Notes under the pieces: model-generated
Told to the model about the DNA's origin: nothing
Databases searched by the model: none
The model's input: only the letters and a program-made list of their open reading frames with translations
In this document: piece after piece, positions 8,292 through 18,513 of the stretch
Layout of the letters: each line of letters opens with the position of its first letter
Position numbering within the stretch: the first letter of the stretch is position 1
Source of the DNA: an uncultured Candidatus Binatia bacterium
GTDB lineage: Bacteria > Desulfobacterota > Binatia > UBA9968 > JAJDTQ01
Assembly: GCA_965214905.1 (NCBI GenBank)
Contig: OZ243984.1
Coordinates: 2,518,003 to 2,582,002 of the forward strand
Length of the DNA stretch: 64,000 nt
Reading direction: 5' to 3'
Translations under genes and position numbers: made by a program

Positions 8292-10226
8292 TCAAGCTAC
8301 TCGGCTGTCCCTGCCCCGGAAACCCCCCGTGGCCGCCAGAATGCCGACCAGACAGGCCCCGGCCACGTCCGTCCAGATGCCGTAGCCGACCCCTCCGGCC
8401 GGAAAGAACAACAGCGCTCCCGCGGCCAGAAACAGACCGCGGTGGACAGCGCCCAGAGGCTTTGCGAAAAAGCCCATGAAACCGGCCGACACCAGCCAGA
8501 CGCCGATGACGGCGGTGGCAGAGGTGTGAAGGATTTGAAGCGCCGAACCCTGCATGAGCAACTCCGGCGCCAGCACGAACAGGAACGGGACGACGTAGGC
8601 GGTCCAGCCGAAGTGGACCGCGGCGAACCCCGTGCGCATGAAATTGGCGCCGGCCACGGTGGCCGCGGTGAAGGCCGCCACCGCCACCGGCGGCGTGATC
8701 AGCGACAGCATGCCGAAGTAGAGGGCGAACAGGTGCGCCGCCATGGGCGGGATGCCGACCTCCACCATGGACGGGGTCACCAGCGTCGCCAGCAGCAGAT
8801 AGACCCCCAGGGTCGGCATGCCCATGCCGAGGACGATGGAGATCAGCGCCGCCAGCAGCAGGATCATGGCGGTCTGCCCCCCGGCCAGGTGGATGATGGC
8901 CTGGGTCAGGGCAAAGCCGAGGCCGGTGATGTTGAGGACCCCGATGATGATGCCGGCCATGCAGCTAATCATCAATAGCTGCACGCACAGGGCGCCGGTC
9001 TTGGCGAGGACGGTAAAGATGACCGTCCAGGACATGCGCTCGCCCTGGTAGCCGATGAACAGGCCGATGGGGACGAGGCTCCCGGCGGCCCACAGGGCCG
9101 AGGTCTCCGGCCTGAGGTTGAGGTAGAACAGGCACAGGATCACCACCGCGAACGGCGCCACGTAGGGCCAGCCGGCCCGGAACACCGGCCAGCGGGGCGG
9201 AATGGAGGCATCGTCGACGCGGGCGATATGTTCCCTTGCGGCGTAGAGATCCGCCTGGATGAACAGCGCCACGTAGTAGAGGATCGCCGGGATCAGCGCC
9301 GCCAGCACCACCTCCTGATAAGAGATCTGCAGGAATTCGGCCATGACGAAGGCGGCCGCGCCCATCATGGGCGGCATCAACTGGCCGCCGGTGGAAGCCA
9401 CGGCTTCGATGGCGCCCGCGGTATGGGCGGGGTATCCGCCCTTCTTCATCAGCGGGATGGTGATGACGCCGGTAGAGACCACGTTGGAGGTGGCGCTGCC
9501 GGAGATGGAGCCGAAAAGGGACGAGGCGGTGACCGCGATCTTGGCGGACCCGCCGCGGTACCGGCCCATGAGCGCGGTGGAAATGTCGGTGAAGAACCGG
9601 GAGCCGCCGGAGAGGTCGAGGAGGTTGCCGAAATAGATGAAGGCGATGACGATGGTGGTGGCCACCGTCAGGGGAATCCCCACCAGGGAGTTGGAGTCGA
9701 GGCTCAGATAGATCACCAGCCGGTCGATGTCGACGTCGCGCCCCTGGAACTGGCCGGGGATGAAGTGGCCCATAAGGCCCAGGGCGAAGAACGACAGCAG
9801 GAAGATGAACAGCACCGGGCCGGCGGTGCGGCGCACCCCCTCCGCCACCAGCACCAGGATCACCGCGCCTCCCACCAGGGCGTCACGGGGGCGCGTGTAG
9901 AGCTCCTCGAAGATCCGTTCGTAGTGCCAGCTCAGGTAGGCGCACACCAGCAAGCCGGCCGTTGCCGCCAGCGCGTCGAACCAGGGGACGCCGAGGCGTT
10001 TCGCCCCGTGCGTTGCCGGATTGAGGATATAGAGGGTTCCGAGCGCGAGGCCGAGCAACGCCAGCAGGCGCTGCTCGGCAAAGACCACGATGCCGACGGC
10101 CCGGTAGAGGTCGGCGGCCTCGGCCAGGGCCGCGGCCGTCAACAGTCCGCCGAGCAGGCGCCCGGCAATCCGCACCGTCCAGGACGCGGTCCCGGCCCGG
10201 ACGGTGTTTTCATCACCGCCGGTCAT
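8292..10226 (-). CDS. TRAP transporter fused permease (4TM/12TM fusion, TAXI-type system)
   Basis: The 644-aa product is highly hydrophobic and has a DctM-like C-terminal region. It is adjacent to a TAXI-family receptor gene. Confidence 0.85.
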   Translation of the reverse strand: MTGGDENTVRAGTASWTVRIAGRLLGGLLTAAALAEAADLYRAVGIVVFAEQRLLALLGLALGTLYILNPATHGAKRLGVPWFDALAATAGLLVCAYLSWHYERIFEELYTRPRDALVGGAVILVLVAEGVRRTAGPVLFIFLLSFFALGLMGHFIPGQFQGRDVDIDRLVIYLSLDSNSLVGIPLTVATTIVIAFIYFGNLLDLSGGSRFFTDISTALMGRYRGGSAKIAVTASSLFGSISGSATSNVVSTGVITIPLMKKGGYPAHTAGAIEAVASTGGQLMPPMMGAAAFVMAEFLQISYQEVVLAALIPAILYYVALFIQADLYAAREHIARVDDASIPPRWPVFRAGWPYVAPFAVVILCLFYLNLRPETSALWAAGSLVPIGLFIGYQGERMSWTVIFTVLAKTGALCVQLLMISCMAGIIIGVLNITGLGFALTQAIIHLAGGQTAMILLLAALISIVLGMGMPTLGVYLLLATLVTPSMVEVGIPPMAAHLFALYFGMLSLITPPVAVAAFTAATVAGANFMRTGFAAVHFGWTAYVVPFLFVLAPELLMQGSALQILHTSATAVIGVWLVSAGFMGFFAKPLGAVHRGLFLAAGALLFFPAGGVGYGIWTDVAGACLVGILAATGGFRGRDSRVA

Positions 10227-10255
10227 GGCGAGGACTCAAGCCGTTCATCCGAGCG

Positions 10256-11197
10256 CTACATGCCGGTTTCCTTGTAGTAGCGCTCGGCGCCGGGATGGTA
10301 CGGGACGCCCAGGTCGACGTGCATCTTCGCGGGATTGAACTGCTTGAACATGCCGTGGGACCCGATCAGTTTCTCCTTGTTGCCGTGCAGCGCCTTGACC
10401 ACCTTGTACACGACCTCGTCGGGTGTCGTCGTGCTTGCGTTGACGACGAAGGCCGCGGCAAACACGTTGGTGGGGCCCATGACGCCGGGATAGAGCTTCG
10501 CCGGATGGAGGGTCGCGATGCTCCCGGCCGGGACGATGCTCCGCAACGCCGCCAGCGCCTCCGGCGTGTTGTCCATGGACAGGACGCGGATGCCGCCGAC
10601 CGCGGCGTGGGCCTGACGGGTGATGCCCGAGGTCATGGAAAAGTAGGCCGCGTCGTTCTTCCCTTCCATGAAGTCGCGGACCCCGCGTACGCCGTTGGGG
10701 ACGGGCACGCCGACCACGTCCTCGAAGCTCAAGCCCACGGTGGCCAGCACCGACCGGGCGTTCAGGGCTACGATCTTCTGCTTGGTGAACTTCGTGGGAA
10801 GCCGTTTGCCCTTGAGGTCGCTCAGCGTCTTGATGTCCGAGTCGTTGCGCACGTAGAACATGCTGTAGAGCGGGAACAGCACGGCCACGAGCCGTACCTT
10901 CTCCTGCTTTCTTCCATCGAACATGGCCTGTCCGAGATAGGCGAACGAGGTGGCGGCTACGTTCGAGATGGTGAAATCCAGTTCGCCGTTGTCGAGCAAC
11001 GGCAAGGTGACCACGGGTCCGCCCTGGGGCACCACGCGCATGTTCACGCTCCCGGCCTCGATGGCGACCTTCGCGACCCCGGCCCCGGTGGCGTACGCCA
11101 GCGAGCCCTGGGGGTTGGTGCCGATGCTCACGGTCTGCGCATGAACGCCCTGGGCCAGAAACACCAACGCCAATACACCGATTGCGAACCTTGTCAT
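10256..11197 (-). CDS. TRAP transporter solute receptor, TAXI family
   Basis: The product has a signal peptide (MTRFAIGVLALVFLAQGVHAQ) and a TAXI-like periplasmic binding domain. It is directly upstream of the fused permease. Confidence 0.8.
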   Translation of the reverse strand: MTRFAIGVLALVFLAQGVHAQTVSIGTNPQGSLAYATGAGVAKVAIEAGSVNMRVVPQGGPVVTLPLLDNGELDFTISNVAATSFAYLGQAMFDGRKQEKVRLVAVLFPLYSMFYVRNDSDIKTLSDLKGKRLPTKFTKQKIVALNARSVLATVGLSFEDVVGVPVPNGVRGVRDFMEGKNDAAYFSMTSGITRQAHAAVGGIRVLSMDNTPEALAALRSIVPAGSIATLHPAKLYPGVMGPTNVFAAAFVVNASTTTPDEVVYKVVKALHGNKEKLIGSHGMFKQFNPAKMHVDLGVPYHPGAERYYKETGM

Positions 11198-11379
11198 GCT
11201 GTCCTCCTCTTTCCACGGCATCCGAGATTGATTCCCCTCTTCTCATTAAAACAGTGACGTTTGTCAAACGGTGCAAACGACCCGAAGGCCGCGGAGGTTG
11301 GCTTGTGGGCGCGGTTTCGTGTGTGATAGACGGGAAATCTGGCGCCCGCCATGTATTCGTGATCCGGAGGAGGTTGAAC

Positions 11380-12009
11380 ATGGACGAGACACGTCCCGCA
11401 GACCACTGGCGTATCGGCAAGGACAACACGGCGCTGATCGTCGTCGACATGCAGAACATGTGGGTTGACCCCAGGGGGACCCGCTATCTGCCGTCTTCGG
11501 AGGACATCATTCCCAAAATCCAGGACCTCCTCCAGGTGTGCCGCTCGTCGGACGTGCCGGTCATCTATCTCTACACTACCAAGCGCAAGGATCTGGCGGA
11601 TGTGGGCGTGTTCGCCGACCTGAAGCCGGTGACCCACCACACCGACGATCCCTGGACCAACATCGAAGGGGCTCCCGGCGCGCAGTTCTGCGACAGCGTG
11701 AAGCCCGAGCCGGACGAGATCACCATCAAGAAGTTCCGCTACAGCGGCTTCTATGGCACCAACCTGGAGAACGTGCTGCGGCGCCTGGGACGGGACGTGA
11801 TCGCCGTCACCGGCGTGGCCACCAACGTGTGCTGCGACAGCACCGCCCGGGACGGCGCCATGCGCGACTTCAAGGTGCTGTTCCTCTCGGACTGCAACGC
11901 CTGCTTTTCCGACGAGGAACAGGCGGCGACGCTCGAGAACTTCGACAAGCATTTCGGCGTCGTGATGGATTCGGCGAAGTTCCTGGAGAAGCTGCAACAG
12001 CAGGCCTGA
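11380..12009 (+). CDS. isochorismatase-family cysteine hydrolase
   Basis: The product reads MDETRPADHWRIGKDNTALIVVDMQN… and contains a VTGVATNVCCDSTARDG catalytic-Cys region. Confidence 0.75.
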   Translation: MDETRPADHWRIGKDNTALIVVDMQNMWVDPRGTRYLPSSEDIIPKIQDLLQVCRSSDVPVIYLYTTKRKDLADVGVFADLKPVTHHTDDPWTNIEGAPGAQFCDSVKPEPDEITIKKFRYSGFYGTNLENVLRRLGRDVIAVTGVATNVCCDSTARDGAMRDFKVLFLSDCNACFSDEEQAATLENFDKHFGVVMDSAKFLEKLQQQA

Positions 12010-12037
12010 CGGGCGGCGGGACCGCTTGGTCCCTTAT

Positions 12038-12075
12038 CCGTGAAGTAGTCCCCTTATCCGTGAAGTTCCGTGCAA
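12038..12075. repeat. 17-bp direct repeat x2 (cccttatccgtgaagt) upstream of the BNR-like gene
   Basis: The sequence reads tcccttatccgtgaagtagtccccttatccgtgaagttccgtg. It sits in the promoter-proximal region and may be a regulator binding site. Confidence 0.5.
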
Positions 12076-12177
12076 AATGACGAAGAAATCACAACGTTCG
12101 CCCTGAGCGAAGTCGAAGGGCGCCATTTTCGATTCCGGCTTCGGTTCCGGCTATGCCGGGTTTAGGAGGGACAGCAG

Positions 12178-13263
12178 TTGTCCGAGGCTCTCAGACTCTA
12201 CGCCGGGACCCAGGCCGGCATGGTGATCCTGCGCGGCGTGGGGGACATCTGGACCTCCATGCGGGGGTCGCGGGAATACACCAGCTTTTTCCCGGACCAG
12301 GTGGTGGACTCGGTCCGGGGGTGTCGCGCAACCCCCGAGGTGGTCTACGCGGGCGTGACCCGGGACGGCCTCTATCGCACCCGCGACGAGGGACGCCACT
12401 GGCAACGGGTGCTCGAAGGCGACATCCGCTGGGTTACGGTGGATCCCGCCGAAGACCGGGTGGTCTACGCCGGCACCGAGCCGGTGATGCTCTTCCGCAG
12501 CGAGGACGGCGGCGATTCCTGGGAAGAGCTGGACGGCCTTCGCGCACTCCCGCCCGAAGTGCAGCACCACTGGTGGTTTCCGTACCCGCCGCACCACGGC
12601 CACGTGCGCCACATCTACGTCGACCCCGACGATACCGACACGATCTATCTGGCGCTGGAGCACGGCGGCATCGTGCGCAGCTTCGACCGGGGCAAGACCT
12701 GGGAGGACGTGAGCGAGGGCATCGAGTACCCGGACGTGCACATGATCGTGCGCTCGCCCGCAAACCCCGCCGGCTTTTTCGCCGCCACCTCCCGGGGCTT
12801 CTTTCGCGGCGACCCTCCCGAGGCCGGATGGCAACGCGCCGAGCGGGGGATGGAGAGCGACTACTTCCACGACGTGGTGATGCTGCCGGGAGACCCGCCG
12901 GCGCTGTTCCTGGCCGGCGGACACGGCTCGCCCCAGTACTGGGACCGCCCCACCGGCGCCGACGGCCGGATCTATCGTAGCGAGGACTCCGGCCGGACTT
13001 GGCGGCAGGTGGGCGCCGGACTGCCGGTGACGCACCCCGGAATGTGCTGGCAACTGGCCCGCGACCCGTATGATGACAACGCGATCCTGGCGGCCTTCGG
13101 AGACGTGGCCCGAGGGCATACCGCCGGCCCGCCGGGCGAAGGAGACATCTGCCGGAGCCGCGACCGGGGCGACACCTGGGAGCGCATCGGACGGCAGAAG
13201 CGCGGCAGCAACTTCCTCGGCCTGCCCGCCATCCGTGTGCTCTGGGCGGCTGCCGAGGCGTAA
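12178..13263 (+). CDS. BNR/Asp-box repeat (sialidase-like / Ycf48-like beta-propeller) protein
   Basis: Repeated S-x-D-x-G-x-T-W motifs are present (SEDGGDSWEE, SFDRGKTWED, SEDSGRTWRQ, SRDRGDTWER). The start is a TTG at 12178 with an aggaggg ribosome-binding site. Confidence 0.6.
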   Translation: MSEALRLYAGTQAGMVILRGVGDIWTSMRGSREYTSFFPDQVVDSVRGCRATPEVVYAGVTRDGLYRTRDEGRHWQRVLEGDIRWVTVDPAEDRVVYAGTEPVMLFRSEDGGDSWEELDGLRALPPEVQHHWWFPYPPHHGHVRHIYVDPDDTDTIYLALEHGGIVRSFDRGKTWEDVSEGIEYPDVHMIVRSPANPAGFFAATSRGFFRGDPPEAGWQRAERGMESDYFHDVVMLPGDPPALFLAGGHGSPQYWDRPTGADGRIYRSEDSGRTWRQVGAGLPVTHPGMCWQLARDPYDDNAILAAFGDVARGHTAGPPGEGDICRSRDRGDTWERIGRQKRGSNFLGLPAIRVLWAAAEA

Positions 13264-13380
13264 CCGAGGCGTAAGAACCTGCCCGAGCAGTCGAATACAA
13301 CCCCGCTCTCTTCGGGAGAGAGTGGCCGGAGGCCGGGTGAGGGCGCCGCAATCACCCTGCCCCTTCCGTGGGGGGCGCCG

Positions 13381-13426
13381 GGGCGCCCTCACCCCGGCCC
13401 TCTCCCAGAGGGAGAGGGGGAGGACG
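13381..13426. repeat. dispersed REP-like palindromic element, copy D
   Basis: The sequence reads gggcgccctcaccccggccctctcccagagggagagggggagg. It is preceded by an inverted copy of the ggcgccctcaccc prefix at 13333-13348. Confidence 0.8.
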
Positions 13427-13436
13427 TGTAGCCGCC

Positions 13437-15749
13437 ATGAGCACCATCGGCGAGAACGCAGCGCGGGTGGACGGACCGGCGAAGGTGACCGGGGCGGCTC
13501 AGTACACCGGCGACCTGGAGTTTCCGGGGCTCACCTACGTGAAGGCGCTGAGAAGCGTCCACCCTCACGCGCGGCTGGTTTCCGTGGACGCAAGCGCGGC
13601 GGCGGCGCTGCCCGGCGTGGCGGCGGTGCTCACACGGGCCGATCTCTCCCAGGGAAACACCCATTTCGGGCCCGTGGTCAAGGACCAGCCTATCGTGGCG
13701 CTGGACCGGGTCCGCTACGCCGGTGAGGTGGTGGCCGCGGTGGCTGCGGAGGAGCCGGACATCGCCGAAGAGGCCGTCGATCTCATCCGGGTGGAGTACG
13801 AGCCGCTGACGCCGGTGCTGGACCCGGTGGCGGCCATGGCCCCTGGTGCGCCGATCCTCCACGAAACCCGGGTGCAGTCCGAGAGCCGTCTGGACAAGGG
13901 TCACTACCACTACGAGGACCGGGGCAACGTGCTGACCTCCTACAGCGTCGGCCGCGGCGACATCGAGGAGGGGCTCGCCGCCTCGGACCTGGTCTTCGAG
14001 GACGTCTACACCACCCCCAAGATCCAGCACGGCCACCTGGAGCCTCACGTGGTCACCGCGCTCTGGGATGCCGCGGGCAAGCTGACGGTCTATTCCGCCA
14101 CGCAGAACCCATCGTCCATACGGGTCCAGCTCGCGGAGTTGTTCGAGCTGCCCCAATCCATGGTGCGGGTGGTGGTCCCCTACGTCGGCGGCGGCTACGG
14201 CGGCAAGGTGCACCTGCGGCTGGAGCCTCTGGCTGCGGCCTTGGCCCGCAAGGCCCGCCGGCCCGTTCAGTGGAAGCTGACCCGGGAGGAAGTCTTCCTT
14301 ACCGGCCATTGCCACGCGTCGGTGGTGCGCATCAAGACCGGCGTGAAACGCGACGGCACGATCCTGGCGCGGGAGGTGGAAGCGGTCTACGACACCGGCG
14401 CCTACGCCCTCACCGGTCCCTCCACTTCGCGCAACGGCGGCGAGGTGTCGGGCGGACCCTACCGCATCCCGCACCAGCGCCTGACCTCCTGCTGCGTCTA
14501 CACCAACACCCCGCCCACCGGACCCTACCGGGGGTTCGGCGTTCCCCAGGTGTGCTGGGCCTACGAGGCTCAGATGGACGACATGGCGCGCCGGCTGGAC
14601 CTGGACCCGGTGGAGATGCGGCTCAGGAATCTGGTGCACGCCGGCGACCTGTTCGTCACCGGCGATACCCTGGAGGCGGTAGGGCTGGAGGATTGTCTCC
14701 GGGCCGCGGCCGAGGCGGTGGAGTGGCGGGGCAAGGCGGAGCAGGCGCCCCGGCCTCCGGCGCCGCTGGTGCGGGGCAAGGGCGTGGCGGTGATGATCAA
14801 GACCACCATGACGCCGTCCCATTCCTCGGCCAGCGTCCGGCTCAACGCCGACGGCTCGGCGACGCTGCTGGCCGGCAGCGTGGAGATCGGCCAGGGAGTC
14901 CAGACGAGCCTGGCGCAAATGGTGAGCGAGGTGCTTGGAGTGCCCCGGGAACGGGTCAGCGTCACTTTGCCCGATACCGACGTGACGCCCTTCGACCAGT
15001 CCACCAGCTCCAGCCGCACCGTCTTCAGCATGGGCAACGCCGCCATCCGGGCGGCCCGGGAGGTGGCCGGTCAGCTCCTGGACATCGGTGCGGGAGAGCT
15101 CGAGGCCGACACCGGAGACCTGGAGTTGCGGGACGGCTTCGTGCAGGTGGCCGGGGTGCCCGAGCGGCGGCTGCCCATCAGCGACCTTTTCCGCGCCCGT
15201 TTCGGCGGCGTGGTGGGAAGCCTCTTCGGCAGCGCCGGCTACCAGAGCCGAGGCGGCGTCGACCCCGCCACCGGCAAGGGCAAGGCCTCGGCCTTCTTCT
15301 TCCTGTCCGCCTGCGCCGCGGAGGTGGAGGTGGACACCGGGACCGGCAAGGTGCGGGTGGTGCGGCTGGTCACCGCGGTGGACGCCGGCAAGGCCATCAA
15401 CCCGCGCCAATGCCACCTGCAAAACGAGGGCTCCATGCTCATGTCCCTGGGCTCGTCCCTGTTCGAGGAGATGGTCTTCGACAACGGCCAGCCCGTCAAC
15501 TGCACCTTCCTGAGCTACCTCCCGCCGTCCATGCAGGACCACCCCGAGACCTTCACCTCCGTCCTGGTCGAGCACCCTCACCCCGACGGTCCCTTCGGCG
15601 CCAAGGGCATGGGCGAAGCCGCCCTCGGTCCGGTAGAGCCGGCCATCGGCAACGCCGTGGCCAACGCCCTGGGCGGCCTGCGAGTGAAGGATCTGCCGCT
15701 ACGACCGGAGCGGGTGGTGGCGGTGATGCGCACAGCATATCAGGGGTAG
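13437..15749 (+). CDS. xanthine dehydrogenase family molybdopterin-binding (large) subunit
   Basis: The roughly 770-aa product begins MSTIGENAARVDGPAKVTGAAQYTGDLEFPGLTYVKALRS… and ends with a GKGMGEAALGPVEPAIGNAVANALG motif. No adjacent FAD or 2Fe-2S subunit genes are present. Confidence 0.85.
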   Translation: MSTIGENAARVDGPAKVTGAAQYTGDLEFPGLTYVKALRSVHPHARLVSVDASAAAALPGVAAVLTRADLSQGNTHFGPVVKDQPIVALDRVRYAGEVVAAVAAEEPDIAEEAVDLIRVEYEPLTPVLDPVAAMAPGAPILHETRVQSESRLDKGHYHYEDRGNVLTSYSVGRGDIEEGLAASDLVFEDVYTTPKIQHGHLEPHVVTALWDAAGKLTVYSATQNPSSIRVQLAELFELPQSMVRVVVPYVGGGYGGKVHLRLEPLAAALARKARRPVQWKLTREEVFLTGHCHASVVRIKTGVKRDGTILAREVEAVYDTGAYALTGPSTSRNGGEVSGGPYRIPHQRLTSCCVYTNTPPTGPYRGFGVPQVCWAYEAQMDDMARRLDLDPVEMRLRNLVHAGDLFVTGDTLEAVGLEDCLRAAAEAVEWRGKAEQAPRPPAPLVRGKGVAVMIKTTMTPSHSSASVRLNADGSATLLAGSVEIGQGVQTSLAQMVSEVLGVPRERVSVTLPDTDVTPFDQSTSSSRTVFSMGNAAIRAAREVAGQLLDIGAGELEADTGDLELRDGFVQVAGVPERRLPISDLFRARFGGVVGSLFGSAGYQSRGGVDPATGKGKASAFFFLSACAAEVEVDTGTGKVRVVRLVTAVDAGKAINPRQCHLQNEGSMLMSLGSSLFEEMVFDNGQPVNCTFLSYLPPSMQDHPETFTSVLVEHPHPDGPFGAKGMGEAALGPVEPAIGNAVANALGGLRVKDLPLRPERVVAVMRTAYQG

Positions 15750-16055
15750 GGGGTCAAATCTTGGAGAATTACTCTATCCTCATTCCTGGTTGAGCCAGTT
15801 CGCCTCACAATGACGCCAGCCGTTCGGGTGCGGCAAACGCAGCGGTCTGGATGAAACGATGCCGATCTATGCGCTTCTTGCCTATGCGAGGGCGGCGCAA
15901 ACCGACCTGACACCCGATCAAAAGCGCGCGGTTTTGGCGCTCGCAGCCGCGCTTAAAGCTACACGGAAGGAGATGAAATGGGCAGATTTGGCGATGGCTT
16001 GATCTAGTCCCACCTCCAGCTATGAATCGATGGATTGTCCTTCCTATCCTCCATT

Positions 16056-17240
16056 TCAGAGGGCATCGTCGAGGCCCTCTGAAAAATCGGGAGTGGCTAT
16101 GATAGGAGAGCCGCCAATAGCCGACTGTACGGTTGTCTCGTTTATGTCGGACACCTCATCCTCTGCCGCTTTGCGGACAATGTTGCCGGCGGTTGAGAGA
16201 AGAAACCTCGGATGTAACATCCGTTGGTCTCCAAGCAAAACGCCCATACCAGCTTCCGTGAAGGGCTTTATGGTCCCTGCGTCGCTTTCGTTTATGCGAT
16301 AGTAGTCCAAGTGGGCGACTATAATGTCGCGGGCTTGGGTTTCGCTAGGCAAGGGCAATTCCACCGAATTAGGAGAAGTCGGGTCCAGGCGGGCGAAGGA
16401 CGATAATCCGGCTTCCCCCCAGGCCTGCGCCAAACCGACAGAAGCCTGCTGGTGGGTTGTCAGGACACTGGAAAAGAAGTTGTAAGACGTGTTGGCGTAG
16501 CCCGGTCGGACAGTGCAAAGCCCGAACTGTTTCGCGAATTCAATGCGATGCCGGCGTGCCATTTTGTCAACCAGGTTCTCGATATCGTCGATAAACAGAT
16601 AGCCGCCGGCGAATCCTGCCGCTCGCAAGTAATAAACCATGTCGTTGAAGAGCAACGAACGAGAGTAGTCCAGGCCTTTGGTATCTCGAGGAACGTAGAA
16701 GGGCTCAAGGCTCTCGTCTCTTCGCAAAGAGCGAAGGTAGTTCTCAAATTCGCCTTTAGCCAACTTCGTAGCCACGAGGGACCTTACTCCATCTTGCTGA
16801 AGCCGGGCTGCGATCTCAGCGTCCAGAGCGTCAGGCAAGATGCCCTTATCTTGCAAAATAGCATCGTCGAGTAAATTCTCGCCGCTCTGACTGCCGTCGG
16901 GGTTGGTCAGAACGGCACTGGCCTGCTCACTGGTCGGTGCACCCAACCGCAAGGCTGCCCTTGAAGATTTCAAGATAGCGTTTTTGCAGATATCAACCAA
17001 GGCAGACCAAGCCAGTTGCTCCATATGTCTGCGATCGACTTGAGAAGGGAAGGCAACGTAAATGACCGCCGCGGAGAATCGACTATTGAACTCGGTAGCT
17101 CCCCAGTCCTGGTTGATTCTATGCTGAAAGTAGCGGAGCAGGGCGATCTTACCCATCCCCCTCCCGCTCTGCTGGTCGCCTTTAGACCAGAGATAGGCCA
17201 GCCTTACTCGATTAGCGAAGTCGTCGGGGCAAATGAGCAA
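16056..17240 (-). CDS. hypothetical protein with P-loop-like motifs (noncanonical Walker A SGRGMGKIALL; Walker B-like YLFIDDIENL)
   Basis: The gene is visibly lower in G+C than the surrounding genome. A 71-aa ORF at 17204-17419 lies in another frame immediately upstream and overlaps it. This could mean a frameshifted single gene of about 455 aa. Confidence 0.45.
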   Translation of the reverse strand: MLICPDDFANRVRLAYLWSKGDQQSGRGMGKIALLRYFQHRINQDWGATEFNSRFSAAVIYVAFPSQVDRRHMEQLAWSALVDICKNAILKSSRAALRLGAPTSEQASAVLTNPDGSQSGENLLDDAILQDKGILPDALDAEIAARLQQDGVRSLVATKLAKGEFENYLRSLRRDESLEPFYVPRDTKGLDYSRSLLFNDMVYYLRAAGFAGGYLFIDDIENLVDKMARRHRIEFAKQFGLCTVRPGYANTSYNFFSSVLTTHQQASVGLAQAWGEAGLSSFARLDPTSPNSVELPLPSETQARDIIVAHLDYYRINESDAGTIKPFTEAGMGVLLGDQRMLHPRFLLSTAGNIVRKAAEDEVSDINETTVQSAIGGSPIIATPDFSEGLDDAL

Positions 17241-17418
17241 TCGTTCGATTTTTCAATTTCAGCCGCTACCGGCGACTCGGCATAGATGGCCCCGTTCCGA
17301 CGGGGATCGTCGCTGTAAGGGTCAGCCACGGGAGTAGCCGGGAAGGGCAAATCCTTTAGCCCCAGCAGTTTGTAAGGTGACTCGGTAGTTGTAGGATTTT
17401 GGATTGGCAGATTGACCA

Positions 17419-18513
17419 CTATGCCCTCCTCAACAGGTTGTATATCTGGCTTGACCCTCGGTTGCGAACCAGGGGTTTGCGCCGGCTGGAGATGTTCTCG
17501 TAGTTCAACCCCATAGTCAACGGCGCCGGCTGTAGATCCAGCAACTGGTTGACCCCTTCATCGAACACGGCTTCGGGAATGCGGAGTTCCTCGCAGACCG
17601 AGTCACGCACCTCGGGCAAGTCATAGTATCCGCCTCGAGGTGATAGCTTCTCGAAGATCTGGTCAATGACTTCCCAAAGCCTTTGTTGAGTCGCCTTGTC
17701 CGTCATATCCGGTTCACAAAAGTATATCGTGAAAGGGGAGGCGGAAGACGGTTCAATCGATAACTGCACATACCAGTCGTGCGGTGGAGAGTTGTCCACG
17801 CAGGGCGAATAGCTCTTCAAAAAATCGCACCCCTCGATGGTAGTAGAGTCTCTCGCGATGTTCAAAAGACGAAGGCTTACCAACCGATCAACGATAGACC
17901 TGAAAAGCGGTACCCTGATGCGGACACCCGGCAAGGCCCAATTTATCACCTTTTCTTGCAAGGCGTCCTCTATCTTCTTTGCCACTCCTCCCTGGAAACT
18001 TTCCCGGATGGTGTTTGCGATAGAGTCTGCCTTTTCGGCAAAGGTCGGTTCGAGCAGCCTTCGGAGGTACCCCTCCTGCTCAAGCTTGCCAGTTTCCACG
18101 GTGGGACGCCAAATACACCCTATCTCAAGGTGTTTCTGTACCACAGCTCGAAGGTTGTCGTAGGTCTCGATGTGAACGCTGGCCATAACACGCCGCAATT
18201 CCATGTGCTTACGGCTGTCCACCAGGTACATCACCTCTTTGCCTCGATCCGTAAGTTCGTATGCTCTTTTGGCCGAATTCGCGAACCCGAAATGAACCAA
18301 CTCACGGCAGACCTTTTCGCCAACGGTCTCGAAAGTTCCCCTCGGTTCAGGCAGTAGAAGCCGAAGAGCCTTGTTGCTGACGTATTTTCGAACGGAACGG
18401 GAGATAGTCTCCTCCTGTTCTTCTCTACGCGCGGTCAAGGGAAGACAGCCTAAGACCCTCAACCCGATGTAATGGTAACTTATATCGGAGATGTTGTAAC
18501 TAGATATGTTCAT
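17419..18513 (-). CDS. hypothetical protein (364 aa), possible winged-helix region
   Basis: No recognisable catalytic motif was found. The start overlaps the upstream gene stop (18510-18513) and the G+C is low. The stop TAG at 17419-17421 is immediately followed by GGAGGG-GTG of the next ORF. Confidence 0.45.
   Translation of the reverse strand: MNISSYNISDISYHYIGLRVLGCLPLTARREEQEETISRSVRKYVSNKALRLLLPEPRGTFETVGEKVCRELVHFGFANSAKRAYELTDRGKEVMYLVDSRKHMELRRVMASVHIETYDNLRAVVQKHLEIGCIWRPTVETGKLEQEGYLRRLLEPTFAEKADSIANTIRESFQGGVAKKIEDALQEKVINWALPGVRIRVPLFRSIVDRLVSLRLLNIARDSTTIEGCDFLKSYSPCVDNSPPHDWYVQLSIEPSSASPFTIYFCEPDMTDKATQQRLWEVIDQIFEKLSPRGGYYDLPEVRDSVCEELRIPEAVFDEGVNQLLDLQPAPLTMGLNYENISSRRKPLVRNRGSSQIYNLLRRA

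Noticed and set aside
12017-12035. Short hairpin gggaccgcttggtccc after the isochorismatase gene as an intrinsic terminator.
   Set aside because: The stem is only 6 bp and not followed by a U-tract, so it was not annotated as a terminator.
15859-16002. 47-codon ORF (MPIYALLAYARAAQTDLTPDQKRAVLALAAALKATRKEMKWADLAMA) at the left edge of the island.
   Set aside because: It is too short and has no family signature. It is mentioned only as a possible relic, not annotated as a feature.
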